From NCBI RefSeq assembly GCF_000142905.1, contig NW_013657622.1:124001-188000 (forward strand): DNA of 64,000 nucleotides, read 5' to 3'. Origin of the DNA: Thecamonas trahens ATCC 50062 (taxonomy: Eukaryota; Protista; Apusomonadida). This document shows positions 1 to 10,706 of the stretch, piece after piece (the first letter of the stretch is position 1; every line of letters starts with the position of its first letter). The position numbers and the translations under genes were made by a program. The notes under the pieces are model-generated. The model was not told where the DNA came from and did not search any database. It saw only the letters and a program-made list of their open reading frames with translations.

Positions 1-2002
1 GCGAGGCGATCTTGTCGTCGATGAGCGCCTTTTGCTCGGCGTACTTGCTCGACTCGCCGGCGCCGCCGTCGTCAGTGATGGCAAGGAGGGCCAGGTTGTT
101 GGCGTCGATGAGCAGCGACGACTGGGCCGAGTAGAGCGAGCCAAGCAGGTACGCCGAAGCCTTCTCGGTATCCTTCTTGAGCCAGTAGCACGAGCCGAGG
201 ACCGAGTGGATCTGGGTCTCCATAAAGGCGTCGAGCAGGCGCTGCGAGACTTTGGCCAGTGAGGCCTCCAAGAGGTCGATGACCGAGTTGAGGGCGGTGA
301 GGGTGACCTTGGGCAAGTGTGTCTCGATCTGGGCCCGGAGGAGAGCGTACTCGGCCACAAAGGTCTCGTAGTGCGGGGCGCGGCGGAGGTGCGACTCAAA
401 GATGGCCTCAAGCTCAACCAGCGCCTCCTGCGGCGCGGCCTGGTAGAGGAGGACCTTGACTCGTCCGAGCTGGGCGTACATGGCCACCCGCGGATCATGC
501 GCGGCGGCTTCTAGCGCCAGCGCGTACTGCTTGGCGGCAGCGTCGAGCTCGCCGGCGGCAACGCAAAAGTCGCCGAGCCACGCGTGGAGAAGCCCGCGGT
601 AGACTCGGAGGAACGACGGCGCCGTCTCGCAGTGGGCAAAGAGCGCGTGCAGCGTCAGCAGCGCCTCTTTGACCTTGAACGAGTTGAGACAGAGCTGGAA
701 CTCGATCTCGAAAAAGCAAAGCTCAATGACTAGCAGCCGCCGGAGCGCCAGTGGGACCTCGGCGCCGGGCACGCACCGCGCCTCGCCGGCCTCCAGCGCA
801 GCCCGCAGCGCGCGGACCTGCCCGCGCCCGGCCTCTAGTGCCGCAGCCGCCACGCTCATGTCGGTCCCGCGGTAGAGCTGGCACCTCAGCAGCTCAACAA
901 GCGCAAACACTTCGCCGCCCTCCATCCACGGCATGCCCACCGGCGACTCCAGCCGTCCGGGCGCCGCCGCCAGCGCCTCGGCTGCATGCCCAAGCGCAAT
1001 CTGCACGCCCTTGGCATCGACGTGCACCCCCTTGCGCAGCAACGTCACAGACTGTAGAATGAGCGCATGAACTCGGATCTGCAGGATGCCCGCGGCAAGC
1101 GCCGGCGCCTCGCCGCCCTCGCCCGCGCCCGCGGTCTCGGCCACCACCTTCTCCAGAATGGGCGCGCACGCCTCCTCCTTGCACTGCGAGATGAGGGCGT
1201 GGACGAGGCAGAGGTCAAAGACGTGCTTGGCCACCATCAGCCTCCCCCCGCGTCCGTTGCTGCTCACCTCACGCAGCGCAGCCACGCCGGCCAGTGCTGC
1301 GTCAGCAAGCGTCTTGCCGGCCTCCACCAGCCCGGCCTCAAACTCGATCCGTACCCCGAGACTCGCCAGCGCCAGCCACCACCGGACGTGGAGCTCGGGA
1401 GGCGGCGCACCGCCCCTCGGCGGCACAACATCCTCACCGCTCCGCAGGCCAGCCAGGAACTCGCCCCATCCGGTCCCGGCCAGCGCCACCTCGGCCGCCG
1501 CCAGGCCGTCGGTCACCTGGCACCGGGCCAGCGCCGCCGCGCCGGCCTCGGCCCCGAGCAGGTACACCCGCGCCAGCAGAGCGTACACCTCGTACTTGGC
1601 CTCGGCCGCCCCGGCCAGGTAGCCCACCACCACCCGTGCCTGCTCCAGGTGCCATCGCGCCTCCTTCCGGTTGCTCGTCGCCGCGTACAGCATCTGCGCC
1701 AGCCGCAGGTGCGTCGCCAGCTTGACCTCGGCCGCCAGCTCGCTGGGCCCCGCTCCGCCGCCTCCTCCGCCACCACCCCCGCTTCCCGCCATGACCTCTT
1801 CCTCGTCAAAGCCGCTGCTCCCCAGTGCCCCGCTGCTGCGGCCGTCGCTGCGGACAAAGACCGCCTCGAGAGCCCTCACCGCCACCGCCACGCTCCCCGA
1901 GGCATACGCCGCTTCGGCAAGCTCCCACAGCACCCCTATCCGGGCTTCCTCCCGAGCCTCCACTTCCCCATGCGCCTCGTCTTGCCGCTCCATCCTGGCC
2001 AT
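1..2002 (-). CDS. MAU2: Cohesin loader subunit MAU2/Scc4 (TPR-like); 3' end runs off the window
   Basis: Open minus-strand frame from ATG 2002 to the window edge (absent from the ORF track because it has no stop). GVLWELAEAAYASGSVAVAVRALEAVF and EVKLATHLRLAQMLYAATSNRKEARWHLEQARVV...KYEVYALLARVY resemble the MAU2 N-terminus ([30 protein letters not shown]). An upstream exon cannot be excluded. Confidence 0.75.
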   Translation of the reverse strand, partial: MARMERQDEAHGEVEAREEARIGVLWELAEAAYASGSVAVAVRALEAVFVRSDGRSSGALGSSGFDEEEVMAGSGGGGGGGGGAGPSELAAEVKLATHLRLAQMLYAATSNRKEARWHLEQARVVVGYLAGAAEAKYEVYALLARVYLLGAEAGAAALARCQVTDGLAAAEVALAGTGWGEFLAGLRSGEDVVPPRGGAPPPELHVRWWLALASLGVRIEFEAGLVEAGKTLADAALAGVAALREVSSNGRGGRLMVAKHVFDLCLVHALISQCKEEACAPILEKVVAETAGAGEGGEAPALAAGILQIRVHALILQSVTLLRKGVHVDAKGVQIALGHAAEALAAAPGRLESPVGMPWMEGGEVFALVELLRCQLYRGTDMSVAAAALEAGRGQVRALRAALEAGEARCVPGAEVPLALRRLLVIELCFFEIEFQLCLNSFKVKEALLTLHALFAHCETAPSFLRVYRGLLHAWLGDFCVAAGELDAAAKQYALALEAAAHDPRVAMYAQLGRVKVLLYQAAPQEALVELEAIFESHLRRAPHYETFVAEYALLRAQIETHLPKVTLTALNSVIDLLEASLAKVSQRLLDAFMETQIHSVLGSCYWLKKDTEKASAYLLGSLYSAQSSLLIDANNLALLAITDDGGAGESSKYAEQKALIDDKIAS

Positions 2003-2467
2003 GCTGCGCCTTGTAGCGTTCTCTGAGACGGGTGCGGTAAGGAAGGGGGGTGTGTGCCCCTCCGCCGGAGGGTGATGGGTGGGACATTGGCGATTCTACG
2101 ACCTTTTTTGGGACACCGGGAGAGGGGAGAGGGAGAGGGAGAGGGGCGAGGGGGATGGGGATGGCTCGTTTGGACACATTATGCCAGGTAGAGGTTGTAT
2201 GAACACATGCATGTGTAGCTGGTGTTGAGGAGATGATGGTGGGCTTGTAGCAGTAGCATCGTGATAGCGTATCGTGCACGACTGTCGCCTGCGTGTGTGT
2301 GTGGTGGGGGGCGGGAGGGTGGGGGGGGGGAAGGAGAAGGTGACGGCGACGAACGACGCGTTGATCATTCCTCCAACGGCAGGCCGTGGGGACGGCCAGG
2401 TGGAGCGGGCCACGGGCACAGGCCCGGGCACGGATACAGGGGACATAGCTCTCTCCCACTTCAGATC

Positions 2468-3460
2468 ATGTTCCGTCTCTCGACAATTGGGACGGCAGGG
2501 CTTGCGCGGGTCACGGGTATGTGAGGGGGGGTGGGAGGGGGGGGGGGGGGCGGGGGGAACAGGGTGGCTCACAGCGGGCGCGGTGGCTGGGACGGTGGCT
2601 GTGACGGACGGTGGCTGTGACGGACGGTGGCTGTGACGGACGGTGGCTGGGACGGTGGCTGGGGTGGCGATGGGCTTGGTGGCGGGTGGATAGGCATGGT
2701 GGCGGCGGCGACGTCGTGGAAAGTGGCTGGCGTGGCGGCGGCCCGGGGCATGGCGGACTTGCCGTACTGGGACGACAGCTCGTCGCAACTGCCTGGGTGG
2801 GAGGAGGAGCAGTCGCGTGGTGGCGGTGGTGGGTATGGAGGCGGCCGGAACGGCGGCGGCGCGGCGAGTGGTCGGGCTTACGGCGGAAGCGGCGGCGGCG
2901 ATGGGCAGCCTGTGCACAACGCGCGGTATGCGCTGTACAAAGCGACCAAGAGCGAGATGCGAGGGGCGGCTGTCCAGTTCTCGTACTCGTTCACGGCAAA
3001 GGCTATGTTTGTCGAGGGTGCCAAGCAGGCCGGCGACAAGCTGAGCCCGGGCGCCTCGGGCCGGCAGTTTGACTGGGACAACAAGGTCGTCATCAAGCTC
3101 TCGGTCACCGAACTCGGCAAGATGCTTGCTGTCATCGACGGCAAGGCGCCTGAGGCCTCGTTCTTCCACTCGATCATGCCGCGCGGTGACGGCGGCGGCA
3201 GCAGCGGTGGAAAGATCCAGTCGAAGCTCGACTTTAAGGACAACGAGACCAACTACATCCTCGGCATTTCGCGGCGGACTGGCGACCAGCCGGCCCAGTC
3301 GCTCGGCCTGTACGTCGACATCGGCGAGGCCCAGGTGCTGCGAGTCGTGCTTGAGGCTGCCATCAAGGACGCGGCGGGTTTTGAGCCCGATGCGACTGTA
3401 CGGCAGAGCACAGGGCAGCGCGGGGCGGTGCCTACACAAAGTCGATCGAGGCTTGCATAA
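2468..3460 (+). CDS. Whirly-family ssDNA-binding protein with a mitochondrial presequence; join(2468..2516,2694..3460)
   Basis: Intron gtatgt...tag at 2517-2693 joins in frame to give MFRLSTIGTAGLARVTGMVAAATSWKVAGVAAARGMADL. The domain has RQFDWDNKVVIKLSVTELG and ASFFH, versus plant WHY RQYDWSRKQVFSLSVTEIG and CEFFH. Confidence 0.8.
2581..2661. repeat. Intronic minisatellite (GACGGTGGCTG(T/G), 12-16 bp units)
   Basis: About 6 tandem copies inside the Whirly intron, next to G tracts. Confidence 0.85.
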
Positions 3461-6391
3461 ATGCTGACCGCGAGAGCGCGCTCGCGGAAGTCGCCGAGGC
3501 TTGGCGGACAATCGGAACCTCGTCCGACGCCATCGAGTACGTGTACGTCTCGTCAAAGCACGAGCCCGAAGTCACATCCGACGTCGAGTACGAGTACCGC
3601 GAGTAAGAGACGGCGTTCCGAGGCCCGCGACCAAGCTCAGAGGTTGAGGTCTCCGACGAGACTGGCGGCGTCACGCCGCGGCGGAACGGCTGCGGCTGCG
3701 GCGCTGGCGAGACTGAGCTGTCGTCCCGCTCCGAGTAGTAGCTGTAGTACGACGACGACGCAAAGTCCCGAGTGGCGACGCGGGCCGGTGCGCGCGGCGC
3801 AGCCTCCTTCTCGTCGTAGTACTCGTACGACGACGATGCGTCGGCCATAGGCGGGCCAAGAGCAATGACGCCATCAGCAGGCGCGGCGGGAGCCTCGGGC
3901 TCGGGCTCGGCTAGTGGCGGCGGCATCATGATGATCACTCCGTCACCGGCGGAGGCCGCGCTCTCGGACGACATGTCCGAGACAGGCGGAGGCGGCATCA
4001 TGATGACAACGTCGCCGGAAGCGATGGCGGCCCGCGAGTCGGACTCTCCGGTGTACTCGCTCGTCTGCGAGTCGTAGAGCGACGAGGTCTCGCGCGATGC
4101 GCTGTTCTCGTCTTCCGCGGCGGCGGCGGCGGCGGCCATGGCCGCGCGCGTCGACGCGTGAATGGTGACGGTCTTGATGTTGCGGAGAGCGTCGCGCTTG
4201 GCCTGGGCTCGGGCAGCCGCGATGCGCTGCAGCCGCTCGCGGCCTTGGGCATCGGAAGCCAGCGTAGCCTTGATGTAGAGATAGATGTTGGAGATGCCCA
4301 TACCGACGACAATGCACATGACGTAGCCGTTGACAACGCCGACCACAGCAGCCCGTGCCGGCGCACCCTCGGCGGCGATAAATGCTCCCAGGACGCAGAG
4401 CCCGAGCAGCGCAGGAATGAGCGCAAGCTCGGAGAGCACGAGCCGCGCCACTGCGTTGGAGTAGTACACCCGCGTAAAGTGGGCCATTGTCCGGCTTCGG
4501 GTGTACGGGTTCGCCTCCTTCTCAAACCGTCTCACAAGCGCCTGGGTCCGCTGCCGGTAGCGGTTGACATGGTGCAGCGGTGCCTTGAGTACAACCTCGT
4601 AGACAAGGCCAGCAACGGCGAGGCCGAGCGGGGCGGCCCACGGCAGAAAGTCGCCATCGACAACGTCACCGAGCTTGATGAACACGCCGCCAAGAACGAG
4701 GACACGCCAGAGCCACGACGACCAGAGGTAAAGGTAGTAGCCAAAGCAGCCGAGGCCAAGGTTACGCGGGTACGGCATGGCGCCGCCAACAGCTTTGCCG
4801 TCACGGAGCTTCTGCAGTGCACGGATGTACTTGAGCTCGGTCTTTGAGTAGCCAGCCGCGGTGGCGTTCTCTACAGCGTTGATGAGCTCGGCGAGGGCAA
4901 GGACGGCAAACGGCATCCACGGCTTGATGGCGTCGGGCGAGCCGTCGGCGGCCATGGCGATGAGGACCAGGGCCACAAAGAGGCAGACACCGCGAGCAAA
5001 GCGCTTCCAAGTGAAGAGGCGGGCCACCTCCCACGGCCCCTCGTACGGTGTCTTGGTTCGGGCGCGGGCCTTGGCTTTGGCCTTGGCGCGAGCCTTGGCC
5101 TGGGCCTTGACGGCCTTGGCCCGGGCCTTGGCCGCGCGCTGGGCGCGAGTTCGCGAATCACTTGTCTTGGCCGCCTCCTCCTGCTCCTCATGCTCGCTCT
5201 CGCTCTCCGCGTTGGCGTCAGCGGCGGGGCTGGCGGCCCCGTCGGCGCCGCCGCTGCGTTCCGCCTTGCGAATCTTGGCCTCGGTCTGCAGCCGATAGGC
5301 GCGCTTGTTGTGGCGGGTCACCGAGCCGCGGTAGCAGAGGTAGCACAAAACAACGGCAAGCCAGAAGAGCACAAGTAGCAGCGCCGGGATGAAGCCGGCA
5401 GTGTACGACGCCGAGTCTTTGGCAACGGCGGTGCCAATAAACGCCGATGCAATGAGAAAGGGGACTACGATGCAGAGCGTCGACGGCACGATGTAGCACA
5501 TGACAAGAGGCAACGAAAAGGCCGGATGGCGGAGCCAGATGGGCCGCGGGTAGCCCTTGCGGGCAAGGCGCTCGTCATCGGCAGCATCGCGGGCGTCCTC
5601 ATCTCCTCGAGCATGGTCTTGTGTTGGTGAAACTCGACGCCACCGGCGCCGTACTTGTTGTACACCGTCCTTAGCTGCGGATTCGACAGCACGTCGTACG
5701 CCTTGTGAACAAGTTCGAACATGGCCGTCCCGCCCGCGTTCTTGTCGGGATGATATCGCAGTGCCATCCGACGAAACTGTTTCTTGATTTCGGAATCGCT
5801 TGCCCGCAGCCCGACTCCCAGAATCTAGTTGAAGTTGGCGGTGTGAGACAGTTGTGTGGCATGACAAGGGATGAGGTTGATTGTGGCGTGAGTAGTTGAG
5901 CGGGAGTGTCGCTCATGGTTGCCATTGCAACCGCACCCTGCAGCGATCAGCCGTGCCAGACCCGCGCCCTGCAGCGATCAGCAGCACCCGACCCGCGCCC
6001 AGCAGCAATCAGCAGCACCCGACCCGCGCCCAGCAGCAATCAACTCAAGTCATCCAACCTCGTGCGGCCCATTCCCCACCCACCACCGCATCAGGACGAG
6101 ACCTCCCCCGCCCCACTCCCACCACCGTTGGCGCCTGGCAGCCATCGAGACAGCGGCCATGCCACCACAGCCAGTGCAAGCTGAAGCAAGTACGCTGTAT
6201 CCCCCCACCGCAGCCCATCAGCAGCACATTCCCCAGAATCAAAGGTTGCCACCCCCCTCCCCCCCCCCTTCCCTTCCCCCCCCCCCCCCCCCCCCGTCCC
6301 CGACTCGTACCTCGTAGAACCGCATGTTGTCGATGATGGGAGGCAGCTCAGACTGCTCCCCAGGCATGGCTGACCCTTGCTGCTCCGCCAT
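3432..6391 (-). CDS. DnaJ (J-domain) multi-pass membrane protein; exon 1 6391..6311, exon 2 from 5824; one apparent frameshift near 5600
   Basis: Spliced ...NMRFYE|ILGVGLRASDSEIKKQFRRMALRYHPDK...KAYDVLSN (HPD motif). One added base joins this to the 3432..5867 frame, which has about 8 hydrophobic segments and a Ser/Tyr-rich tail. Intron gtacga...tag. Confidence 0.75.
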
Positions 6392-6586
6392 GGCTGCAGT
6401 GGGCAGTGGAGGGAAGGGTGCCAGGTAGTGGAAGTAGAGTGGGGTGGGGTGGGGGGTGCGGAGCAATGGCACAGGGGGGGAAGGTGGAGAGGGGGAGGAG
6501 GTGTGGAGAGGGGGGAGGGAGAGGGAGGAGAGGGAGGAGAGCGGGGGGGCACTGCGGAACGAAGGTAACGAACAATGGCAGCCACC

Positions 6587-6780
6587 NNNNNNNNNNNNNN
6601 NNNNNNNNNNNNNNNNNNNNNNNNNNNNNNNNNNNNNNNNNNNNNNNNNNNNNNNNNNNNNNNNNNNNNNNNNNNNNNNNNNNNNNNNNNNNNNNNNNNN
6701 NNNNNNNNNNNNNNNNNNNNNNNNNNNNNNNNNNNNNNNNNNNNNNNNNNNNNNNNNNNNNNNNNNNNNNNNNNNNNNNN
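6587..6780. other. Assembly gap (N run)
   Basis: N characters flanked by G-rich tracts. Confidence 1.
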
Positions 6781-7245
6781 CTCACTTCCGCACTAGACAC
6801 ATCCGCACCACCGGGCCAGAAGAGGGCGATCGGGATGGGAGATGGGCGGATGGGTATGATAAGTATATCAACAAGGGAGAGGGGGGGGGGGAGGAGAGGG
6901 AGGGAGGGTTGATCAGTGTGGGTGCAGTGGTAGTGGTAGTGGCGGGCGGGGGCGGGAATGGCGGGAGGGGGCTGGACAGAGCAGGCCGTCAGTGCCGCAG
7001 TAGTAGATGCAGTGCAAATGCTCGATGCCTCTGACACCATGTCCCCCTTTGATGCGCCTGCTTGAATGTGCCTGCTTGATGTGCCTGTCTGGTACATCGG
7101 GCACACATCGGACGGGTGAGGCTGCCAGCGGCATCGGACGGGTAGTGGGTGGTGCAAGCCGGCTGCCTGCCGTCCTGGCGTGCCACCTGACTTGGCGCCG
7201 AGTTGCTGACGAGGCGAGCAAGATCGGGAGAGTGGTTGGTGAGCC

Positions 7246-9936
7246 ATGGATGAGTCCAAGGCCAGAGGTCGCGGTGTAGTGGTAGAGGACGATGGCGGTG
7301 GTGGGAGTGGGCAGGGGCAGGGGGGGGGTGCTGGCCATGCCCGTGGAAGCAGCTCGGCCCGCCGTCAGCGCAAGTCGCGCTCGCGGTCGTCTGGGGTGGC
7401 GGTGAAGGCGGAGGTGAAGGCGGCGGCCAAGGCCGGGTCGAGCAAGGGCAAGAGCAAGGGTAGGTCGAGCAAGAGTGGAGCAGACCCGGCGAGGTCGGAA
7501 GAGCCAAGGTCGGCAGAGGCGAGAGACGCCGGGCAGCCAAAGCTGTTCGCGGCGGCGGGCTTTGTCTCGGGCGCGGTGCTACGGCAGGCGCCGAACCAGC
7601 GTGTCCCGCGCCCACCGCCGATGCCGCCGCCATCGCTCATGGCTGGGGCGGCAAGTGGGGGTGTTGGCGGAGTGGATCCGGCGCAGATGCCACTGAGGGC
7701 GCTGCTGCCAAAGAGCGTGCCGCTGGCGGCGGCGTCAGACACAACCGGAGTGGTCAGTATCGAGCCTGGCGCAAGAGCCAGCCTGCCGCCGCTTCCCTCC
7801 GCAGATGCTCGCGGGGCGTGGTGGGCAAGCCCATCCGCCGCGGACTCGCAGCCGCTGACGGTCGCCGAGCATCCCGGTGGGCCGACCGCCGATGCAGCAC
7901 TCTTTCCCAGCAACGCAGGCATTGCGCTCGCGCCGCAGGAGGCCATCAGACATACACCTCCGGCCGTCTCGACCGTTGTGGTCGGCTCTGTTCACGACCC
8001 GCCTCCATCGGCGGCGGTCCTCCCGGCGCAGGCCCTTGTTCCGCCGCCACGGTCAGCCGACGCGCCGCACCCGGCGACCAAGGCCGGGCGGGCGCAGGAG
8101 TGGCTGGACCGGGCGCGGGCCGAGCTGCCGCATGTCTTTGAGCTCGCCGACGTGCTCTCGCCACTGGCACGGACATCCCACGTCGGAGGCCAGTACCGAG
8201 TCGGGTCGGCGCGGCTTGTGGCCGAGCTCGACGACGAGCACCTGATTTTTGGCCTCGTAGCCGAGTATCTGCAGCATATCGGCAAGAGCGCGTCGCCGTT
8301 GGCCGGTGCGGCTGCAGCTGCTGCAGAGCTCCTGGTCTCGGCCCCGGGCTACGAGCCGCGGCTACCAGCGGCCCATCCGCGGCTAGATGGGGCGCCGCGG
8401 CTGACGGCCGCGCTGCGCCTTGCCGGCGAGTCTGGGCTCGCGCTTTGGGCGCCTCAGGGCGAGGCTCCCAGCGGAGCTGCGGAGCTTGATCCGCTGCTAG
8501 ACACACTGGGTGTCGAGCGGCGGGTCATCTCTGCCTATGAGCGCGGAGCGCTGCTTTCGTCACCGTTCCGCAAGGTCGACCCGGCGGTCGAGCGAGCGAG
8601 GGAGAAGGAGCGGGCGATGTGGGTGTCGGGCAAGCGCGGCCGGAGCCGCGATGAGCCCAGTGACTCGATGAAGGTCAATATCTGGGACGCGCGCGACGAG
8701 GTCAACACGCATTTGACATGGACGGCGTCGGGCGACATCGAGTCCGGCACGCTCAACGCGCTTGTCCTCGCGGCAACGCAGCCGCAGCGGTACGACACCA
8801 CGTTTGTGGAGGCGCTGCTAATGACGTTCCCGTCGGTGGCCCCGGTGGCATGTCTCATCACCAAGCTGATGGAGCGGTTCAACGTGCCGGACTCGCTCGA
8901 CGACGACGGGACGCGAGTGGTGGACGCGGTCGAAGCGCGGGCCATCCAGGCGCGGGTCCTAGACGTTGTCGAGCGGCTCTTCTCCGAGTACCCATACGTG
9001 CTTGAGCAGGGCGATGTGCAGGCGCTGGTGCACTTTCTGGAGTCGGTCGCGCCACGGGCCGGGTGGCAAGCTGCGAGCGAGCGGCTGATGGGTATGCTCC
9101 GCGAGCTGCAGGCCGGACGGCGGGCGGTGGCCGGGCCAGCACAGTTTGACACGTCGGCGCCCGCGCTGCTGATGTCGGGCAAGGCGGCGATCGAGCCGGG
9201 CGACTCTGTGCTGGCGATGAATCCTGTGGAAGTCGCGCGGCAGCTGACACTCATTGAGTACGATCTGTTTGCAGCGATCCGGCCGACCGAGTTCCTCGGC
9301 CTCGCCTGGTCCGAGCCGCACCTCCGCGACAAGGCGACGAACCTGAGACGGGCGACAGCGCGGTTCGAGGCGGTCTCGTTCTGGGTGGCGACGACGATTC
9401 TTCGCCAGCCGTCGAAGCACATGCGCGCCGGGGCGATCACGTTCTTCATCAGGGTGGCGACGGCGTTCCGGGCTCTCAACAACTTCTCGGGCGTCATGTG
9501 CGTTCTGGCGGCACTCTCCAACTCTGCTGTCTCGCGACTCAAGTTTACCTTTCCGCTCCTGCAGCCCGATGTGGTGGAAGAGCGCGAGGCGCTAGACAAG
9601 CTGCTCTCGGTCGAGTTCAACTCGAAGCGATACAAGGAGGCGCTGCGGTCATGCAACCCGCCGTGCATCCCGTACCTCGGCCTCTTCCTCTCGCAGCTGA
9701 CGTTCATCGAGGAGGGCAACGATCCGTTCAATCCGGACGGGACCATCAACTTTTTCAAGCATCTCAAGGCGTACGAGACAATTGCCGAGATCCGGCGGTA
9801 CCAGCTGATGCCGTACAATCTGCGGCGGCTGCCGCAGCTGCTGACATATCTCAACTCGCTCAGCTACGCCTCGAATGCTGAGCTGTACGACCTCTCGATA
9901 CAAGTCGAGCCACGCGGCGCGTCGTCTGTCCCGTAG
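7246..9936 (+). CDS. Ras guanine-nucleotide exchange factor (LisH-like motif + REM + CDC25 domain)
   Basis: SGTLNALV...FVEALLMTF (REM); EVARQLTLIEYDLFAAIRPTEF, LNNFSGVMCVLAALSNSAVSRLK and PPCIPYLGLFLSQLTFIEEGN...INFFK (CDC25); LIFGLVAEYLQHIG is LisH-like. Confidence 0.92.
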   Translation: MDESKARGRGVVVEDDGGGGSGQGQGGGAGHARGSSSARRQRKSRSRSSGVAVKAEVKAAAKAGSSKGKSKGRSSKSGADPARSEEPRSAEARDAGQPKLFAAAGFVSGAVLRQAPNQRVPRPPPMPPPSLMAGAASGGVGGVDPAQMPLRALLPKSVPLAAASDTTGVVSIEPGARASLPPLPSADARGAWWASPSAADSQPLTVAEHPGGPTADAALFPSNAGIALAPQEAIRHTPPAVSTVVVGSVHDPPPSAAVLPAQALVPPPRSADAPHPATKAGRAQEWLDRARAELPHVFELADVLSPLARTSHVGGQYRVGSARLVAELDDEHLIFGLVAEYLQHIGKSASPLAGAAAAAAELLVSAPGYEPRLPAAHPRLDGAPRLTAALRLAGESGLALWAPQGEAPSGAAELDPLLDTLGVERRVISAYERGALLSSPFRKVDPAVERAREKERAMWVSGKRGRSRDEPSDSMKVNIWDARDEVNTHLTWTASGDIESGTLNALVLAATQPQRYDTTFVEALLMTFPSVAPVACLITKLMERFNVPDSLDDDGTRVVDAVEARAIQARVLDVVERLFSEYPYVLEQGDVQALVHFLESVAPRAGWQAASERLMGMLRELQAGRRAVAGPAQFDTSAPALLMSGKAAIEPGDSVLAMNPVEVARQLTLIEYDLFAAIRPTEFLGLAWSEPHLRDKATNLRRATARFEAVSFWVATTILRQPSKHMRAGAITFFIRVATAFRALNNFSGVMCVLAALSNSAVSRLKFTFPLLQPDVVEEREALDKLLSVEFNSKRYKEALRSCNPPCIPYLGLFLSQLTFIEEGNDPFNPDGTINFFKHLKAYETIAEIRRYQLMPYNLRRLPQLLTYLNSLSYASNAELYDLSIQVEPRGASSVP

Positions 9937-10022
9937 CCGCGATAGCGACTGGCGGAGAGCATTGAATGCCCGTGTGCGTGTGCTGAGCGCCGGCATCGCC
10001 GTCTTTACAACATGTCTAGCGT

Positions 10023-10643
10023 TCAGAGGAGCGGGTCGGCGTCGGGGTGCAGCGGGTTCTTGACGACGTTGAGGCATGCCTTGAAAGCCGGGCTCTTTGC
10101 GTCGCGGATGAGCTCGTAGATGAGCGACTGCGAGGTGGTGACGACGACGCCTGCGGCGCGCATGCGGTCGAGGGCGACGTTGCGGTCGTAGAGACGCTGC
10201 GAGCCGATGCCGTCGGCAAGGGCGTGGACGGTGTAGCCGCGATCAACGAGGTCGAGGGCGGTCTGCTGGACACAGATGTGACCCTCGAGGCCCATGAGGA
10301 CCACATTCTTGACCTCGGGCAGATCGTCGGCGAGGAGGGCCTCGACCTCGGGCGTGACCATGGAGAACAGGGTCTTCTCGAACGAGCGGACAAGAGTGCC
10401 GTCGTCAAGATCGGCGGCGGCGCCTGGGGCTGGGAGATCAAGCTCTGCGGCAGTGTGGCCAAAGGCCTTGGGATACTGCTCGGTGACGACGACAGGCACC
10501 GAGAGGGCCGACGCGGCACCGAGCATGGTGTGGGCGACCGAGACGACCGAGTCCCAGTTGGCCACCAGTGGGCGGAAGGTCTCCTGAATGTCGCAAACAA
10601 AGACCGCTGTCCGGCCGAGTCCTGCACGAGCTGCCATGGCCAT
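10023..10643 (-). CDS. Isochorismatase domain-containing protein (ISOC1/2-like)
   Basis: FVCDIQETFRP, VTEQYPKAFGHT, KTLFSM, GLEGHICVQQTALDL motifs. Start at ATG 10643; the upstream part of the 569-aa ORF is translated minisatellite. Confidence 0.9.
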   Translation of the reverse strand: MAMAARAGLGRTAVFVCDIQETFRPLVANWDSVVSVAHTMLGAASALSVPVVVTEQYPKAFGHTAAELDLPAPGAAADLDDGTLVRSFEKTLFSMVTPEVEALLADDLPEVKNVVLMGLEGHICVQQTALDLVDRGYTVHALADGIGSQRLYDRNVALDRMRAAGVVVTTSQSLIYELIRDAKSPAFKACLNVVKNPLHPDADPLL

Positions 10644-10706
10644 GCGAGCTGTGGGGAGATGTGTGGGGTGGGCTGCAGGAGGAAGGGGGTGGGGGGCGGG
10701 GGAGGA

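Noticed and set aside
1067-2026. Plus-strand 319-aa ORF and similar Arg/Pro-rich ORFs throughout the window
   Set aside because: Antisense shadows of real genes (here MAU2) in GC-rich DNA, with no recognisable motifs.
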